The position numbers and the translations under genes are program-made. A stretch of DNA of 54,665 nucleotides, filler included, from Sphacelaria rigidula (lineage: Eukaryota): the NCBI GenBank assembly GCA_964200075.2. It is 5 parts of 5 records of this genome, joined end to end, with 100 filler letters (N's around TTAATTAATTAA, not from the genome) between each part and the next. Parts side by side here need not be neighbours in the genome. Positions count along the whole stretch, not along the records: positions 43,813 to 54,665 come from CAXNAA020005794.1; 4 more parts are not named here. One strand, written 5' to 3'. This document shows, piece after piece, positions 49,726 to 54,665 of this stretch (position 1 is the stretch's first letter; each line of letters opens with the position of its first letter). The notes under the pieces were generated by a model. It made no database searches. It was not told the origin of the DNA and saw only the letters and a program-made list of their open reading frames with translations.

Positions 49726-52700
49726 GGGGGGACGGCCGCTACGACGTTTCTCGGCAATGGCGAAGGCGGCTCGACGGCTAAGTGAGTAATAGACAGAGTA
49801 AACAAAAAACAATGTTCTCGTTGACAATAATGCCATCGTGGATTTGACTTCGAACTCATACCCTATCCCCAACCAAAGTCCGAACCACGCACCTTGCCCC
49901 ACCCCCTGTCTTGTTGGTGCTGTTGTGCTCGCGTGCAGGTGGCAAAGGATATGCGGCGCCCACATGCACCCTGAGGGTAGCCTTTGCCGTCTCTTTCGGA
50001 GGTACCCTTGATGTCTTCGTGTTTGTAGTTGATTCCATGGTTGAGCTTGGGAAGTGCAATATTAAGCAAAAGAAACTAACGCGATGCGTATGGAGAGGGC
50101 TGTGAGCCTTTTCATCGAACAAGGGTTTTTTAGATGACCTTTTCCAGTCCAGGAGTAATCAGAATGATGGCAGCTTAGTGCTCTCAATGTTAACACTCTA
50201 TCGGTTCGGTTCGTTAATGGTGTAGCATCTTGGCGGCAGTCTGGGGGAAGAGGTGGAGATACGTGTTAGATTCGCGAATGCACTGTTGTCGCGAATGAAG
50301 AGGCTAGGGGGCACTCCCGCGCTATTCCAGGCTCGGGTCTCGCTTGCTAAATTCTGACCTAGAACCGACACCAAAAAGTATCCCGACTGAAACTCAGGTG
50401 GAGACGCCGAGATGCCCTCTGCGACATTAACCCATATTTCAAAGATCGCTGAAAATTAACTCTGCCAACTCGGGGTATTCAAGGCGAGGTATCGAGAGAG
50501 GCAACGCGGATATCAAAACTACGCTATGTAACTGGTGGGGGTAGACAGATCGTTTGTCAAAGTCGGGTCACGCAAGGCTTGGCACACGCCAGGTGCAATT
50601 TCAGCACTTGAACGAACGGGTCCTGACCGGTTCATTTGCATTTATAACAAATTGCAGTCTAGTGTGGCCCCGCTCTGTTTTCAGCTGTTTCAGTACAGTC
50701 AAGACCACATCAAGTATCGAAAACCTACTGCATGTCATGTGCGGCTATACAGAAAACATCTCCGATGCACTGATGATGTCTCATGTGGAGGTTAGGCCCA
50801 CAACTTCACAAGGGACAGCCAAGTAGCCGTCAACGGGGGTGGTATCCACCGTTTTTTGTTTCAAACGAAGGGTGGTGTTCCTGCCTATCCTAGGGATACA
50901 GAGCAAGGGCGTCAACCTTTTCATGATACCTGTCATGCATTCAGAAGCATGTCACAGTCCGGCCGCAAACAGCCCACACGTTCAAGTAGCACCCCCCGGG
51001 TGAGAGTGTCTGGGGAAAAGTTACAGCCTGGTTCACGGTCATCACTCTACAGATATTCGGTCTGCGAAGCTTCACGTCGTTTCTAGGAGTTAGACCCTGG
51101 AATGTTCCACGAATGTGCTACTCTGTATGTATCACTACAGAACTACCGATGGCGGCGATGGATTTTACGTTTCGACTATTTCCGTCGGTTTCCGGGGTCC
51201 CAGGAAGGACCCCGTGCGACGCCCGAAAACCAGTGAATTTCAAACAGTCAAAATCCGTCGTCCGTCGAAAGTTTTGTAATGACCAAAGCACGTGTGTGCA
51301 AATTTTCAGAACTCCTTCAAACGGCGTGACGTGTTGTGCTTCTGTGCGTTTGAGTGTGCAGAGTCCCGACGGCGTGTTCTTAGTATGAAGAAGTCTTCTT
51401 CGGGTATGTTCAACTTAATTTTCGAGAAAAAATGGAGATTTTCGAGGTTCGCGACCAAACTTTGTGCGCATGTTTCTCGGACTATACGGGGGTGAACAAT
51501 ATTATATGTATTTCATTTTGGGGCGTTCTGTACCGCCTTCCACAGATCTTCAACCTGGGATCCCCGGCACCCCGTGAAGAGCAGAGAATCTTCGAAATGT
51601 TTTCATCACCATCATTTTCTTCTTCTTCATTCGGAGAACCAGTCCTTGCAGAACTGCCACGTTTGAGAGCGATCTGAGCTTTTCTACGACCGATATAGGG
51701 GAACCCGTCAGGATGCTTCCTGGGTCCCTCGTGCATATCATCAGTGGAAATCCGACAACGCTGGAACCCTATATCACCTAAATACGACGGTTTGGGGTAT
51801 AGCTTGATCCCATCGTGACAGTTAAAGCTTTCACATCTGTTTTCTCCGCTAGATTCCCGAGCTGATGATGGCGGTTACTACGATTTAGAGCATGTGGAGA
51901 TTGGGTGCAAACTGGGATAAGAAGTCATATTTTTGCTTTCAGAACAATTTGAGGAGCCCTGATTGGTCAAAGTACCTTTCCGCCCTTAGTGCCACTGCTA
52001 TGGCCTTCAACACACGTCCGGCTGCAAATATCCTCATTTGTTCATCACGGTCAAGATGATACTTCCTCTGTGCCAAAAGTACGGGTCGTTTTGACTACAC
52101 AGACCCTTGACCGTCACCGATGCAAAAGGCGATAATTTTTTCGAAATCTTCGGAGCTTTTTTTATTCAAATTCGAAATGTTTTTTCTTTCCTGCGCGCAC
52201 CTTCATGCATGCATTGACGGCCGAAAAATTCCAGTCGGCCCAAAAAAGGCCCTGCCGAGTCTGCCCGTTTCTGGAAAACAGCGAAGAACACTGGGAACCC
52301 CCGAAAACCCCCAAAATCGTGGTTTTTTAGCGAGCATCAGCCTATTCACAGCTCTTCGACAAACCTAACTATAGTATCGTGGGCAACTCCGTTGACGACA
52401 CACGATCTGCCCTCCAGAACGAACTTTACTTATGGCACAGAGGAAGTACCATATTTGTGACTATTGGGTAGGTATTGCGGAAGGCATTTGATGTTGGATT
52501 TCACCATCTGAGGATGGATTATACATTGAGGATGAACCTTGGGAACCTCCACAGGCATCTAAACATTCTCGAAAACAAGGTGGAAATACACTATCCCGCC
52601 GTGATGTGTAGCCTCGCTCATATTGAAAAACCACGTAATTCGCAAAGAGTGAAATCCCGTGTCAATAGGGGGTACTGACATATAAGAACATTTTTGCAAA

Positions 52701-53354
52701 GGAATAAACCGAGGGTCGAAACTGTTTGGTATCAACCCGAGATTTTACGAGTTGCGGATGGATGTTTTCGAAGATAAGCTAGGTCACAAATCACGGCCGG
52801 AGAGTGCATTCGCATCTCTTCTTCGAAATTCTTTGATACTTATGAAGGTTGCCAAGGTTCACCTTGAAAAAAAACACTCATGCTCAATTTGTAAAATCCC
52901 GTGTTTTTGCAGATGACACAATACTGGGTGATGACCATTGGCCAGCTTGTGTACTCATCTCATCGTCGGTGAGAGGGAGAAGGATTGTCCCGAATCGGCG
53001 AGTAAGATGCATACATTCGAGTGACCTCTCGCGTGTTCAGGGGCATTGCCACTCAACGGGTCCCTAACGTAGGTCATGATCCCAGTACGTAAGTAGGGAG
53101 GGGATGGGACAATACCTCGCCCTTGGTGTACGTAAACCCGTTAAGAAAAACGGTAAGAATAATGAGTAAGGGTAGGTTATGGGCTTTTTATTGGTACCGG
53201 TCACATGTTCAGACTAATCATTGTCCGGCCGCAAATAGTTCACACGTCGGATAACACCTCCTTCCCCGCTGAGATCGTACGGGCAGGGGTTGCAAAGCGA
53301 TGAGGTAGGATGGATACGAGCTGGGCCAGCCGAGAAGCCAATTTGTAGTTTGCA

Positions 53355-53655
53355 GGCTCATTATGCGGCTAATATTTAGAGTTGGACCCTGAATTTGGTG
53401 TGGACAATGAATACCGCATGATAACAAACACCAGAGCACACAAGCTCTTCTTTTTGTCATGATGAGTTAGGGGCAATTATCAGTGGACACAAGTTTTTTT
53501 TTTCTCATGGCTCAATGGCAATTATCAGTTCTGATAATTGCCCTTGAGTCATGAGAAAAAAAATACTTGTGTGCACTGGTGTTTGTTATTATGCCATATT
53601 CTCTGTCCACACCAAATTCAAGGTCCAACTCTAAATATTAGCCGCACAATGGGCC
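53355..53655. repeat. Foldback palindrome with a 2-nt loop and a ~45-bp internal duplication in the left arm
   Basis: caattatcag-tt-ctgataattg at the centre; gcggctaatatttagagttggacc versus ggtccaactctaaatattagccgc; opposite-strand ORFs share CPHQIQGPTLNISR. Confidence 0.92.
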
Positions 53656-53969
53656 GTTTAGTGACGGGGTCACAAGAAATTCGGAACAGTATTTTGCAGG
53701 CTACTTACCGGCCCATGTTTGGTATTAGTGTCTTGAATCTTTGTGTTGGTCGTGGCTAGGGCATAATTGACAAAGCAAAGTGAGTCAGGTCGGATTTTTT
53801 TGTTCTAGGGCGTTTTAGGATGGAACCCATCACTTTTTTACGAGAACGCCCGAACCTCTTCAAATAAAAAAAGAGGGCCCTTTTTGTTTTTTTATTCAGC
53901 ATACTTCTGTGGTTCTTTATCCTGAGTTTCAAATCACAATTCTCAAGATCAAGCTGAAAAATTCAGGGG

Positions 53970-54220
53970 TCTACACGTTACACGTTCACGTTACGTTCAT
54001 CACGTAAACAATACATGACGTTACGTTTCGTTACATGTAACGTAATATGAAACGTTTCAATGTCACGTGTAACGTCTAATATTCGTTACGTTGACACGTG
54101 TAACGTTCGAATGTAACGTTTCGTTCTGCGCATGTCGCGGCTCATTCACCAGTGTTGGATGCGTTGTAATGTTTCGTTTAACGCGTGACGTTACCGTGTA
54201 CGTGACGCTGACGGTGACCC
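53970..54220. repeat. ACGT/CGTTA-rich degenerate short-period repeat
   Basis: Dense cacgtt, acgtta and gtaacg units in both orientations. Confidence 0.7.
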
Positions 54221-54665
54221 GTCGGCTGGTTCTTATGTATAAAGAACAACTCTATAAAAAACGCGTTTTCTGATAACCCACTTCTTATGTGATAAGAAAA
54301 CGCGTTTGAAATCCCGCCGCACCCCAACACACCCTCCAGCCATCGACAGCGGCCATGAGTGGCTTGGCTGTCATAACCACTGCTGTCGCTGGTGCTCGCG
54401 GGTAGTCAGCGTGTTGCTTCATTGTCCTTCGCTCGCCAGTATCATGGTAGCTCTTTACCCCGTGAGAACAGCACAGGGCAGGGTCGATAGCGAGTGCTGT
54501 ACACTCTGTGTGTAGTTTGCACAGACAGCGTTGTTGCTCGCATTTCAGGTCTGTGCATGCAGCGTGATGCGAACAGCACTCGCGATGCAGTACAGACTGC
54601 CCACGCACCCCAGACTGGTAGAGACAGGACCGCACTGACCGTACACACAAGACCACAGTATAAGC

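Overview
Repeat-rich, intron-containing eukaryotic DNA. The exon/intron style, transposon families and composition are most like a brown alga (Ectocarpus-like); this assignment is inference. The window is not one locus: it is five fragments of exactly 10,853 bp (1-10853, 10954-21806, 21907-32759, 32860-43712, 43813-54665) joined by identical 100-nt N44-TTAATTAATTAA-N44 linkers, so no physical linkage should be assumed across them. Fragment 1 is a near-complete but decayed minus-strand Ty3/Gypsy retrotransposon (long gag with CCHC knuckle, PR-RT-RH-IN, chromodomain-like and Tudor-like tail), abutting the PPT and 3' LTR of an opposite-strand element. Fragment 2 has three phase-compatible exons of a host gene rich in LF/IF-acidic motifs, a possible tyrosine-recombinase relic and a 400-bp duplication in its introns, and a second, deleted Gypsy. 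Fragment 3 has a LINE RT relic, the N-terminal exon of a Helitron Rep/helicase, MITEs and two exons of a minus-strand gene. Fragment 4 has a ~59-bp minisatellite, a spliced beta-propeller transmembrane gene and two adjacent foldback elements. Fragment 5 has tandem repeats, foldbacks carrying the Gypsy LTR-head motif, and a possible Mutator-like relic. No CRISPR, rRNA or intact tRNA was found, and no clearly new biological system can be demonstrated; the best leads are listed under findings.
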